A DNA stretch of 64,000 nucleotides from an uncultured Actinomycetota bacterium (GTDB lineage: Bacteria; Actinomycetota; Actinomycetes; JAHEKZ01): positions 2,217,969 through 2,281,968 of the forward strand of contig CAWHIJ010000003.1 of assembly GCA_963829525.1 (NCBI GenBank). Direction: 5' to 3'. This document shows positions 50,961 to 60,033 of the stretch, piece after piece (the first letter of the stretch is position 1; every line of letters starts with the position of its first letter). Under the pieces are notes generated by a model. That model saw only the letters and a list, made by a program, of their open reading frames with translations. It had not been told where the DNA came from and searched no databases. A program made the translations under genes and the position numbers.

Positions 50961-51515
50961 TCAGCGCTGAGCCGGATGATCTGAGTCCTTGCCGTCCTGA
51001 TCGCTTTCACCGTCGGCCCCGTGCCCTTCATCGAAGTCGGGCAGCGAGATCCCGGAGAGCTCCTCGACGGCCCGGCGGCCTGCGATCTTGTCCCGGCCTC
51101 GCGCCACGGCTTCAAGCGTCTTGGTCAGCACCAGTTCGAAGTTGGCGAGCTTGGCATCGATGTAGTCGTCGATCTCGCGCCGCATCCGCTCGGCCTCGGC
51201 CTCGGCGCCCGCGATGATTCGGCCGGCTTCACGCTCGGCCTGAGCCTGCACCTCGGTCTGGGACACCAGGCGCATCTTCTCCTGGTGGGCGCCGGCAATG
51301 ATCTCCTCGCCCTGCAGCCGCGCCTGGGCGCGAACGCCTTCGGCGTCAGCCAGGAGCGCGTCAGCCCTGGTCAGGTCCGATGGCAGTTGGCGTCGCACCT
51401 GGTCGAGCAAGGCGAGGACGTCAGCCCGGTTGACCATGCATGACGCCGACATGGGGACAGCGCGAGCGCTCTCGATGACCTCACCGAGCTCGTCGAGCTT
51501 GTCGTGGATCTCCAC
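50961..51515 (-). CDS. DivIVA-like coiled-coil protein (Rv2927c/SepIVA family as I recall it)
   Basis: LDELGEVIESARAVPMSASCMVNRADVLALLD at the N-terminus and DDYIDAKLANFELVLTKTLEAVARGR at the C-terminus. GTG start preceded by AGGAGG. Confidence 0.65.
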   Translation of the reverse strand: MEIHDKLDELGEVIESARAVPMSASCMVNRADVLALLDQVRRQLPSDLTRADALLADAEGVRAQARLQGEEIIAGAHQEKMRLVSQTEVQAQAEREAGRIIAGAEAEAERMRREIDDYIDAKLANFELVLTKTLEAVARGRDKIAGRRAVEELSGISLPDFDEGHGADGESDQDGKDSDHPAQR

Positions 51516-51595
51516 GAGACCTCCTGGGGTCGAAGCGGACCGGGGGGTGCTGCTGATGCGAAGTCTGGATTAGGCGGGTGGTCGACCAGGAGTCC

Positions 51596-52087
51596 TCATG
51601 GAAGTGGGTCCGGCGGTGTCAGCGCCGCCACGAGCGGGGCGAGCACTGGTGGGGGCACCAAGCCCTCGACGTCACCACCGAAGGCGACGACCTCTTTGAT
51701 GAGAGTCGATGACAGGAACGAGTAAAGCGGGTTGGTCGCCACGAAGAGCGTGTCGACCTCGGTGAGCCGGTGGTTCATTTGTGCCATCTGCAGCTCGTAG
51801 TCGAAGTCGCCGACTGCACGCAGTCCCTTGACGATCGCACGGGCGCCTCTTGCCTGGCAGTAGTCCACGAGCAGCCCTGAAAACGTCTCGATCGTGATGT
51901 TGTGGAGGTGGTCCAGCGACTGCGTCAAGAGGTCGATGCGGGTATCGACCTCGAACAACCCACGCTTGTTGGGGTTGACCATCACCCCGACGAAGACCCG
52001 GTCGGCAAGCTTGGAGGCGCGCTCGATGATGTCCACGTGTCCGTTTGTGACCGGGTCAAATGACCCGGGGCACACGACGCTCAGCAC
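51596..52087 (-). CDS. coaD: Pantetheine-phosphate adenylyltransferase
   Basis: CPGSFDPVTNGHVDII motif. 163 aa. Confidence 0.93.
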   Translation of the reverse strand: MLSVVCPGSFDPVTNGHVDIIERASKLADRVFVGVMVNPNKRGLFEVDTRIDLLTQSLDHLHNITIETFSGLLVDYCQARGARAIVKGLRAVGDFDYELQMAQMNHRLTEVDTLFVATNPLYSFLSSTLIKEVVAFGGDVEGLVPPPVLAPLVAALTPPDPLP

Positions 52088-52110
52088 GTCGCGACGCTAT
52101 CACTGGGCGC

Positions 52111-52710
52111 TCAGTCGCTCGCGAGGCCGGCGATCCACAGATGCGCCTCGCCATAGGCGCGGTCGCGGATTGCCTGAAAGCCCGGCGGCCAGGTCCAAAC
52201 CGGGTCGCGGCGGCCTCGCTCCACGACCACGACTGCGCCGTCCGCAAGCAGCTGGTGCCGCCTCAGTCTCTCCAGCACTGAGCTCACCACTGAAGCAGCC
52301 ACAGAGTACGGCGGGTCGCAGAAGACGACGTCGTAACCCGGGCCACGGTGGCTCATGGTGATCCACCGCTCGACGGTGATCGCGTGCACGTGCGCCCTGC
52401 CCCCTGCGGACGAGCCGGTTCCCGAATGCACGCCAGCGCTGACCGCCGATCTGTTGGCCTCGATCACCTCGACCGCTTGGCGGTCTGACTCGACGAGGTC
52501 GACGTGGGAAGCACCCCGGGAGAGTGCCTCCAGACCAAGCGCACCCGATCCCGCATACAGGTCGAGAACAACTGCACCGGAGAAGGGGCCGCGCACCGAC
52601 TCAAGACTGGAGAAGACCGCCTCGCGTGCCCGATCGGAGGTGGGGCGGGTCCCGGCACCGGGGACCGCGAGCCGCCGACCTCTGGCACTGCCTCCGATGA
52701 TTCTTGTCAC
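52111..52710 (-). CDS. rsmD: 16S rRNA (guanine966-N2)-methyltransferase
   Basis: (M)TRIIGGSARGRRLAVPGAGTRPTSDRAREAVFSSL, SAM motif VLDLYAGSGALGLEALSRGA, and DPPY. Confidence 0.92.
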   Translation of the reverse strand: MTRIIGGSARGRRLAVPGAGTRPTSDRAREAVFSSLESVRGPFSGAVVLDLYAGSGALGLEALSRGASHVDLVESDRQAVEVIEANRSAVSAGVHSGTGSSAGGRAHVHAITVERWITMSHRGPGYDVVFCDPPYSVAASVVSSVLERLRRHQLLADGAVVVVERGRRDPVWTWPPGFQAIRDRAYGEAHLWIAGLASD

Positions 52711-52770
52711 GCACTCTCCAGGTACGTCATGGCTTCTCCAGGTACGTCATGGCTTCTCCAGGTACGTCAT
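52707..52770 (-). other. Three consecutive overlapping 7-codon mini-ORFs (MTYLEKP, MTYLEKP, MTYLESA) linking the recG stop to the rsmD start
   Basis: ATG 52770 overlaps the recG TGA. Each mini-ORF TGA overlaps the next ATG (at 52750 and 52730). The last TGA (52709-52707) overlaps rsmD GTG 52710. Each ATG has GGAG 5 nt upstream. Translation has not been demonstrated. Confidence 0.4.
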
Positions 52771-52786
52771 GACTTCTCCAGGTACT
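52716..52786. repeat. Tandem direct repeat, 20-bp unit ctccaggtacgtcatggctt, 3.5 copies
   Basis: Copies at 52716-52735 and 52736-52755 are identical. Copy 52756-52775 has one substitution (g to a). A partial copy spans 52776-52786. Confidence 0.95.
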
Positions 52787-54971
52787 CGGCCTGCTCATCA
52801 GACTCGAGGATGGTGACAGCGGCCTCCAGGTCTGGGTAGGAGGTGAGCGATGCGTCGTCAGCGACCAGTGAGACCGCGTCATCCCTGGCAGCAACGATGA
52901 TCTTCTCGTCGGAGACAGCTCGCAGCACCTTCAGACTCGACCGGACCCCCGACTGGGCTGCGCCAAGCACGTCGCCCTCCCGGCGTTGCTCGAGGTCTAT
53001 CCGAGCCAGCACGAATCCGTCGCTGGTTCCGGCAACCGCTTCAAGCCGCTCGCGAGCCGGACTCTGGTCGGGCAGCTCGGTGACCAGGAGACAGAGGCCG
53101 GCGACGTCACCTCGACCCACACGACCACGGATCTGGTGCAGCTGCGAGATACCAAACCGATCAGCGTCCATGACCACCATGACGCTGGCGTTGGGGACGT
53201 CGACACCGACCTCAATCACGGTGGTGGCGACCAGGACGTCGATCTCGCCGGCGGCGAAACTCGACATCACCGCCTCCTTGACCTCAGACGGAAGCTGTCC
53301 GTGCAGGACGCCCACGCGGCAGTCGGCCAGCGGACCGTCAGCAAGGAATCGAGCGAGGGCGAGCACCGAATGCTGTTCTGGCACAGCGGGCTCTCCAGGC
53401 GCAGCACCACCGGGCCCGTCGAGGTCGTCACCGATCCTCGGGCAGACGACATAGGCCTGCCGCCCCTTGCCGACCTCCTCGGTGATCCGCTCCCAGGCGC
53501 GGTCGAGGTACCTCGGCCGATCCGCGGCCGGAACCACGTGGGTACTGATCTGCTGGCGGCCCTGGGGTAGCTCGGTCAACGTCGAGACGTCGAGGTCGCC
53601 AAAGATCGTCATGGCAACGGTCCGCGGAATCGGAGTTGCCGTCATCACAAGCACATGTGGCGGAGTCTCGGCCTTGGCACGCAGAGCCTCGCGCTGCTCG
53701 ACCCCGAAGCGGTGCTGCTCGTCGATGACGACCAGCCCGAGGTCAAAGAAGTCCACATGCTCCTGCAGCAGCGCATGGGTACCGACCACGATCCCTGCCT
53801 CGCCCGACGCGACGTCGAGCAAGGAGGCTCGACGCTGCGCAGTGGGTTGGCTTCCGGTCAGCAGCCGGACACGAGTTGCTTGAGGGGGTGAGCCGAGCAG
53901 ACCACCGTCGGCCAAGGGCCCCAGCATCGCCGTCATCGTGCGGAAGTGCTGCTGGGCCAACACCTCAGTCGGAGCCAGCAGAGCCGCCTGGCCACCGGCG
54001 TCGACAACGCTGACCATGGCCCGTAGCGCGACAACCGTCTTGCCTGAGCCGACCTCGCCCTGCAGCAACCGGTGCATCGGATGCGTCTGGGCAAGATCGC
54101 CGGCGATCTCTTCGTTGACCTCGCATTGACCTGCGGTAAGAGCGAATGGAAGGCGGGCGTCGAACGCGGTGAGCAGCCCGCCGTCGAGAGGTACCCGCGG
54201 CGTGGCCGCAGTCTCGGCGAGCACCGCTCGTCTTCTGGCGAGGACAGTCTGAAGCACGAGCGCCTCGTCGTACGCCAGCCGCCGACGCGCGGCGTTCACC
54301 TCGTCCATCGAACGCGGGCGGTGCAGCGTTCGATAAGCCTCAGTGCGAGACATCAGTCCCTCGCGCGCCGTGACCGCTGGCGGCGTCAGCTCGGGCAGTT
54401 CGGGCATGGTGTCGAGCAGGACGGAGACGGCCTTCTGGATGCGCCAGGTGGGCAGCTGTGCCGTCGCCGGGTAGATCGGGATCAGGAAGCCGGTGAACGC
54501 GGCAAGGGTGCGCAAGTCACGCTCGATGTCACCGTCTGCGCCGAAGTCGTCGGTCGCACCGAAGATGACGTAGTCAGGGTGGGTAAGTTGTCGGCGTCCC
54601 GCGCGAACGTCAACCGTGCCCGCGAAGAGACCTCGCATGCCCACCTGCAGCTGACGCTCGCGCCATGGCTGGTTGAAGAAGGTCAGCGACAACTTCTGTT
54701 TTCCGTCCGTGACGATGACTTCGCAGATTGTTCCTTTGCGCTGCCGCATGCGGCGCGATGACACCGCTGCAACCTGAGCCAAGACCGTCGCCTGCTCCCC
54801 CACCTGCAGGCGTCCGATGTCGGAGAGCTGCCCGTGTTCGCCATAACGTCGAGGCAGATGGTCGAGGAGGTCACCCACTGTCTGCAGATCCATGGCACCG
54901 AAAGCCTTGGCGGTGGCGCCGCCGACCACGCCCCGCAGTGGCTGGCGCAGCCAATCGGCGGAGTCGGTCAT
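52767..54971 (-). CDS. recG: ATP-dependent DNA helicase RecG
   Basis: 734 aa. Wedge domain plus SF2 helicase motifs (GEVGSGKT, DEQHRFG, MTATPIPRT). Confidence 0.93.
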   Translation of the reverse strand: MTDSADWLRQPLRGVVGGATAKAFGAMDLQTVGDLLDHLPRRYGEHGQLSDIGRLQVGEQATVLAQVAAVSSRRMRQRKGTICEVIVTDGKQKLSLTFFNQPWRERQLQVGMRGLFAGTVDVRAGRRQLTHPDYVIFGATDDFGADGDIERDLRTLAAFTGFLIPIYPATAQLPTWRIQKAVSVLLDTMPELPELTPPAVTAREGLMSRTEAYRTLHRPRSMDEVNAARRRLAYDEALVLQTVLARRRAVLAETAATPRVPLDGGLLTAFDARLPFALTAGQCEVNEEIAGDLAQTHPMHRLLQGEVGSGKTVVALRAMVSVVDAGGQAALLAPTEVLAQQHFRTMTAMLGPLADGGLLGSPPQATRVRLLTGSQPTAQRRASLLDVASGEAGIVVGTHALLQEHVDFFDLGLVVIDEQHRFGVEQREALRAKAETPPHVLVMTATPIPRTVAMTIFGDLDVSTLTELPQGRQQISTHVVPAADRPRYLDRAWERITEEVGKGRQAYVVCPRIGDDLDGPGGAAPGEPAVPEQHSVLALARFLADGPLADCRVGVLHGQLPSEVKEAVMSSFAAGEIDVLVATTVIEVGVDVPNASVMVVMDADRFGISQLHQIRGRVGRGDVAGLCLLVTELPDQSPARERLEAVAGTSDGFVLARIDLEQRREGDVLGAAQSGVRSSLKVLRAVSDEKIIVAARDDAVSLVADDASLTSYPDLEAAVTILESDEQAEYLEKS

Positions 54972-54994
54972 GACGGCGTCACCGAACCTTCATG

Positions 54995-56704
54995 TCACTC
55001 GACGCCGATCAGCAACGGATAGTGCGACTGGCCTCCGTCGTAGACCACGACCTCTACGTCGAGCCGCGTCTGGTGGAGGTGTCGTCGCACCGCCTCGGCC
55101 AAGGGCCGACCGGGCAGCGGATCCTCACCACAAACGAGGGTGACCAGCTCACCTCCCGCGGCCAGCATCCGGTCCGTGACAGCGCAGGCGACCACCTCTG
55201 CGGCGTCACCGAGTACGACGATGTCGTTCTCCACCAAACCGAGGATCTGTCCGGGGTGGCAGATCCCAGCCGACGTCATGGCTTCCCGCTCGGCTCTGGC
55301 TAGCCCTCCGAACCGGGTGGCTGCGGCCGCAGCGGACATGGCGACGACGTCCTCGGTGAACGTTCGCTCGACATCTCGCACGGCCATCGCGGCTAACCCC
55401 TGGACGTCGGCGTGCGTGGGCAGAACGGCGACCTGTGTGCCCTTCTCGCGCAGCTCGACGGCCGCCGCCTCGGCCGCCGCTCGATGATCGTCGTCGTTGG
55501 GCAGCAGCAGAACTTCCTCCGCAGACCCGGCTGAGGCAACGAGCGCAGCCGGGGTGGGACGGTGGCCCGACCCACCGATGACGACCGCTGCCCCAGCCGC
55601 TTCGAAAAGTGCCGCAAGAGCCGGACCCGATGCCACGGCAACAACCTGCCGAGGGCCGCCACGCCCCAGCACGTGATCGCCATGGCCAGTTGGCAGTGTC
55701 GGCGTCATGGTCGATTGCGGGCGGAGCGGGGTGATGCGGATCCGATAGACCCGACCGGCGGCCACGCCGATCTCGACAGCTGGGCCGGCGTCGTCGGTGT
55801 GCACGTGGACGTTCCACAAGCCGTCTCCGCCCACCACGACCACCGATGCCCCGATTTCATCGAGCCGCTGACGAACCTGCGAGGCGGCATCGTCACCAGC
55901 ATCGAGCAGGTACATGACCTCGAAGGCGCCGTCACCGTCGCCGAGGAGCTGAGCGGCGTGGACTGCGGCCGACAGGTGCCCGGGCTCGGGCGCCGGAGCG
56001 TGGCCGAGCCCAAAGCTGCTGAGCACCGCGGCCGCAGATGAGGCGCTCGGGTCGACGGTGGCCCGCAGGGCTTCCAGGATCAGGACCAGCCCCTGACCGC
56101 CGGCATCAACCACCCCCGCTGCCGCGAGCACGGGCAATAGCTCTGGCGTCACCGCCAATGCATCGGCGGCGCCATCGGCAGCTGCCGCGGTCACAGCGGC
56201 TAGGCCGGCGCTCACCTGATCTGTTGCGGCTACGGACGCAGCAGCGGAGACGGTCAAGATTGTCCCTTCAACCGGTCGCGCCACTCCTGTGTAGGCGAGC
56301 TCTGCGGCCCTGACCAATGCGGCCGCCAGCACCGACGCCGCATCGGCCGCTTGGAGTCGTTGGTCCTGCGGCCCGGTGGACTCCGCGAACGTCTCCGCAA
56401 TCCCGCGCAGGAGCTGGGCCACGATGACACCTGAGTTGCCCCGGGCACCGAGCAGGGCGCCACGCGACCAGGCGGCTGCGGCGGCGGCGAGGGGCGGCAC
56501 GCCGTCGGGTCGGCCGGCAATGGCCTCAGCCAGCGCCGTGGATGCTGCCTGCCAGGTCAACAGGAGATTTGTGCCCGTGTCGCCGTCGGGCACCGGGAAG
56601 ACGTTGAGTGCATCGATGTCATAGCGAGCCGCCTGCAGGAGGACCTCACCGCGGCTGGCCCAGTCTGTCAGCTGGTCGCATCCGAACTCTGTCGTCACGC
56701 TCAC
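54995..56704 (-). CDS. DAK2 domain fusion protein (YloV family)
   Basis: NVFPVPDGDTGTNL motif. 569 aa. Conserved neighbour of recG and rpmB. Confidence 0.85.
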   Translation of the reverse strand: MSVTTEFGCDQLTDWASRGEVLLQAARYDIDALNVFPVPDGDTGTNLLLTWQAASTALAEAIAGRPDGVPPLAAAAAAWSRGALLGARGNSGVIVAQLLRGIAETFAESTGPQDQRLQAADAASVLAAALVRAAELAYTGVARPVEGTILTVSAAASVAATDQVSAGLAAVTAAAADGAADALAVTPELLPVLAAAGVVDAGGQGLVLILEALRATVDPSASSAAAVLSSFGLGHAPAPEPGHLSAAVHAAQLLGDGDGAFEVMYLLDAGDDAASQVRQRLDEIGASVVVVGGDGLWNVHVHTDDAGPAVEIGVAAGRVYRIRITPLRPQSTMTPTLPTGHGDHVLGRGGPRQVVAVASGPALAALFEAAGAAVVIGGSGHRPTPAALVASAGSAEEVLLLPNDDDHRAAAEAAAVELREKGTQVAVLPTHADVQGLAAMAVRDVERTFTEDVVAMSAAAAATRFGGLARAEREAMTSAGICHPGQILGLVENDIVVLGDAAEVVACAVTDRMLAAGGELVTLVCGEDPLPGRPLAEAVRRHLHQTRLDVEVVVYDGGQSHYPLLIGVE

Positions 56705-56789
56705 CTCCTCTCGGCACTCTGCTAGGCGTCCAGCGGATGCCGGCCCGGCACCAGACGGGTGAGCCTAACGGGACCAACCGACGTCCGGT

Positions 56790-56819
56790 TTGGGTCCGCC
56801 AGAGCCGATCGGGTAGTCT
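56790..56819 (+). promoter_or_regulatory. Candidate sigma-A-type promoter for rpmB (TTGGGT, 18 nt, TAGTCT)
   Basis: Hexamers at 56790-56795 and 56814-56819. This would give a leader of about 130 nt before GTG 56958. Confidence 0.3.
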
Positions 56820-56957
56820 GACGTGGCTGTCGCAGGCAGGTCTCGGCCCCCGAGAACCCCCGCTCAGCATCCCGAGATACCGGTAACTACCCGCGCATGC
56901 GCTCCGGCGATGCGCCCCTGCGGCAGAAGACGCCGCCTGAGTCCTGGAGGAGCCACC

Positions 56958-57143
56958 GTGGCTGCCAAGTGTGACGTCTGTGGCAAGGGCCCGGGCTTCG
57001 GTAACAGCATCTCCCACTCGCACCGCCGCACGCCACGCCGCTGGAACCCGAACGTCCAGACGGTTCGTACGACGATCGGTGGCACGCCCACCAAGCTGAC
57101 TGTCTGCACGTCGTGTATCAAGGCCGGCAAGGTCACCCGCTAA
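56958..57143 (+). CDS. rpmB: 50S ribosomal protein L28
   Basis: GTG 56958 is preceded by GGAGG. (M)[33 protein letters not shown], 61 aa. Confidence 0.9.
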   Translation: MAAKCDVCGKGPGFGNSISHSHRRTPRRWNPNVQTVRTTIGGTPTKLTVCTSCIKAGKVTR

Positions 57144-57152
57144 CCACCGTTG

Positions 57153-58157
57153 TTACCCGTCGAAGTGCCGGTGGCCCGACGGTCCGCTCCACTGCTCCCC
57201 GTCGACGGTGACTAGATGCTCCCCTTGAGGGTCAGCCGATGATCGTGCGCGCTCCTTCACGCTCCCGATTCGGGTGAACCCCTCTGGTAGCAGAGCGTCG
57301 GCAGCAAACGCTCCCACCAGGGCGTGGTCGTGGCCTCCGGTCAGGACCCATGGCAGGGGATCACTTCCGTAGGCAGCCGCCACCGTCGCCACCGGATCAC
57401 CGATGGCGACGAGGTTGCTCTCGATGTCGATACGCACGTCACTGCTGACGGCGATGTGCCCAAGGTCAGCAACGAGGCCATCACTGACGTCGCACATCGC
57501 GTGCACCCCTGAAGCCGCAGCACCCAAGGCCGCCTCGTACGGGACCTCAGGGCGACGGTAGGCCTCGACAAGTGCCCGCGGCGACCGAAAGCCGCGAGTC
57601 AGCACGGCCAGTCCGGCTTCGGCCCATCCCAGACGACCGGCGACGGCGACCTGGTCCCCAGCAACGGCTCCGCTGCGCAACACAGGAGCTCGTCCCCCGA
57701 GCCCCCCGATCCCTGTCACCGTCACCGAGATGGTCTCTCCTCCGGACAGGTCGCCCCCGACGACCGACGCCCCCGTGAGCGCTGCCTCGTCGCGCAGTCC
57801 GTCGGCGATCCGAAGCACCCAAGCGGCATCAGTCGAACGAGGAGCGGTCAGGGCCACCACAAGCGCCACCGGGCTCGCACCCATCGATACGAGGTCTGCC
57901 AGGCTCGCAGCAGCGGCTCGCCTGCCGATGTCGTCGGCGCCCGACCAGTCTGTCCGGAAGTGCACTCCGGCCACCAGGACGTCGGTCGTGAGCACGATGG
58001 GCGTGTGGTCGACCAGCACAACGGCGGCGTCGTCGCCTGGCGGCACCGAGACCTCCGCACCCTGGGGCAGACGGCGGGTAATGGCCTCGATCAAGGCGAA
58101 CTCGCCCCTGCCCCCGATCGAGTCGGCAGGGTTCTGGGCTGCTGAGGGGTCGCTCAT
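57153..58157 (-). CDS. thiL: Thiamine-monophosphate kinase
   Basis: 334 aa. PurM-like fold motifs (GEFALIEAI, GDDAAV, DVSDGL). Confidence 0.9.
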   Translation of the reverse strand: MSDPSAAQNPADSIGGRGEFALIEAITRRLPQGAEVSVPPGDDAAVVLVDHTPIVLTTDVLVAGVHFRTDWSGADDIGRRAAAASLADLVSMGASPVALVVALTAPRSTDAAWVLRIADGLRDEAALTGASVVGGDLSGGETISVTVTGIGGLGGRAPVLRSGAVAGDQVAVAGRLGWAEAGLAVLTRGFRSPRALVEAYRRPEVPYEAALGAAASGVHAMCDVSDGLVADLGHIAVSSDVRIDIESNLVAIGDPVATVAAAYGSDPLPWVLTGGHDHALVGAFAADALLPEGFTRIGSVKERARSSADPQGEHLVTVDGEQWSGPSGHRHFDG

Positions 58158-58205
58158 CGCACACCCGACCGGGTACGGTCATGGCCTGCAGACGGGAGAC
58201 TTGTG

Positions 58206-58439
58206 ATGGTCACGGCATACATCTTGATCCAGACCGAGGTGGGGCGCGCAGCCGAGGTGGCTGACCAGATCGCAAAGGTCGCCGGTGTCACGCTGTCGGA
58301 GAATCTCATCGGGGCCTACGACGTCATTGTGCGCGCCGAGGCCAACAGCGACGACGAGCTCGGCCGGTTCGTGGTCGCCCAGGTCCAGGCGGTCCCCGGA
58401 ATCACCCGAACCTTGACCTGTCCAGTCATCAACCTCTGA
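58206..58439 (+). CDS. Stand-alone Lrp/AsnC ligand-binding (RAM) domain protein
   Basis: 77 aa (MVTAYILIQTEVGRAAEV ... VPGITRTLTCPV). Confidence 0.75.
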   Translation: MVTAYILIQTEVGRAAEVADQIAKVAGVTLSENLIGAYDVIVRAEANSDDELGRFVVAQVQAVPGITRTLTCPVINL

Positions 58440-58442
58440 GGC

Positions 58443-58925
58443 GTGCGAGTCGCCCCGCTGCTCACCCTCCTTGCGGTCGTGTCCGGCTGCTCTGGCGCCG
58501 TGGAAGTAACCGCTCCGAGCAATGTCGACCCGGAAACCGCGCAGATCTGTGCTGACCTCGTCGGCGCGCTCCCCGAGAGGGTGTCCGGTCAAGATGCCCA
58601 GGACACTGACCCGGAGTCGACGCTCACTGCCGCCTGGGGTGACCCGGCCATCGTCTTGCGATGCGGCGTACCGCGACCCGCCGCCCTGCAAGCCACGTCA
58701 TCGCTGACCAACGTCAATGGAGTCGACTGGTTCGCCGAAGAACTGACTGGCGGCTACCTCTTCACCACCTACGGACGCCAGCCGTACGTTGAGGTGACTG
58801 TTCCTGACACGTATTCGCCGGAGATCGGACCGGTCGCAGAACTCTCCGCGACCGTCGCCGACACCGTGCCGGAGGGATCGGAGGCGGAACCGACGCCCTC
58901 CCCCAGCCTCACGACGTCACCGTAG
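58443..58925 (+). CDS. DUF3515 domain lipoprotein
   Basis: Lipobox LLAVVSGCSG. Conserved position between thiL and ddl, like Rv2980 as I recall it. Confidence 0.7.
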   Translation: MRVAPLLTLLAVVSGCSGAVEVTAPSNVDPETAQICADLVGALPERVSGQDAQDTDPESTLTAAWGDPAIVLRCGVPRPAALQATSSLTNVNGVDWFAEELTGGYLFTTYGRQPYVEVTVPDTYSPEIGPVAELSATVADTVPEGSEAEPTPSPSLTTSP

Positions 58926-60029
58926 GCCGCGGCGCTTTCCCAGGGCCGTGCGTACCAGGCGGGCGACGAGATCGGGATACTCGACGCCGGAGGCCTGCCA
59001 CATCCGTGGAAAGAGTGAGATGTGCGTGAAGCCGGGGATGGTGTTGATCTCGTTCAGCACCACCTCACCGTCGTCGGTGACGAAGAAGTCCACCCGGGCA
59101 TAGTCCTCGCAACCCACAGCGTCGAAGACGGCACAGGCGGCTCGCCGTACGCGCTCGGAGACCTCCTCGGGAAGATCAGCCGGAACGGCCAGCTCGGTGA
59201 CATCGTCAAGGTACTTGGCCTCGAAGTCATAGAACGTATGGTCCCCAAGCACGCGAACCTCGGCACACACACTCGCTTCCGGTCCACGACCGTCGGTGCG
59301 AGCCAACACCCCACACTCGATCTCGCGGCCGACGATGCCCTGCTCGACCACCACCTTGGGGTCGTGCTCACGCGCCGCCTCGATCGCCGGCTCGAGGTCG
59401 GCCCAGTCGGTCACGCGGGTGATGCCGACACTGGAACCGGCCCTGGCGGGTTTGACGAAGACCGGCAGCGACAGAACACGCACCGACCGCAGCGCGCGCT
59501 CCCGGTCGAACGACCAGTCGCGGTCAGCGATGACGACGAACGGGGCCTGCGCGATTCCCGCCGCCGCCACCAAGATCTTCGTGACCGCCTTGTCCATCGC
59601 AGCCGCACTGGCCAGGACCCCTGATCCCACGTAAGGGACCCCGGCAAGCTCGAGCAGGCCCTGGATCGTCCCGTCTTCCCCATAGGGACCGTGCAGGAGC
59701 GGGAAGACCACGTCGACATCGGCCAGCACCTCGGGAACGTGGCCTGGCTCGTGCACACTCAACGCCCGGGAAGGGTCAGCGGTCCACGCCACCGGGGGGC
59801 CGGTGTCGTCGCCGACCGAGGGAAGCCGACCGTCGTCGATCGCGAGCCGTTCAGGATCGGAGTCGACCAGCACCCAGCGACCCTCTGGGGTGATCCCTAC
59901 CGGCACGACATCAAACTGCTCGGGGTCGAGCGCTCGTAGGACGCCACCGGCGGAGATGCACGAGATCTGGTGCTCGGTGCTGCGTCCCCCGAAGACAACG
60001 GCAACGCGAATACGGGGTGAGGAGATCAC
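58917..60029 (-). CDS. ddl: D-alanine--D-alanine ligase
   Basis: 370 aa. VVFGGRSTEHQIS at the N-terminus and an ATP-grasp core. Confidence 0.93.
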   Translation of the reverse strand: MISSPRIRVAVVFGGRSTEHQISCISAGGVLRALDPEQFDVVPVGITPEGRWVLVDSDPERLAIDDGRLPSVGDDTGPPVAWTADPSRALSVHEPGHVPEVLADVDVVFPLLHGPYGEDGTIQGLLELAGVPYVGSGVLASAAAMDKAVTKILVAAAGIAQAPFVVIADRDWSFDRERALRSVRVLSLPVFVKPARAGSSVGITRVTDWADLEPAIEAAREHDPKVVVEQGIVGREIECGVLARTDGRGPEASVCAEVRVLGDHTFYDFEAKYLDDVTELAVPADLPEEVSERVRRAACAVFDAVGCEDYARVDFFVTDDGEVVLNEINTIPGFTHISLFPRMWQASGVEYPDLVARLVRTALGKRRGLR

Positions 60030-60033
60030 CGGC

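Noticed and set aside
52716-52786. Tandem repeat as a CRISPR array
   Set aside because: The units are directly adjacent with no spacers, there are only 3.5 copies of 20 bp, and no cas genes are present.
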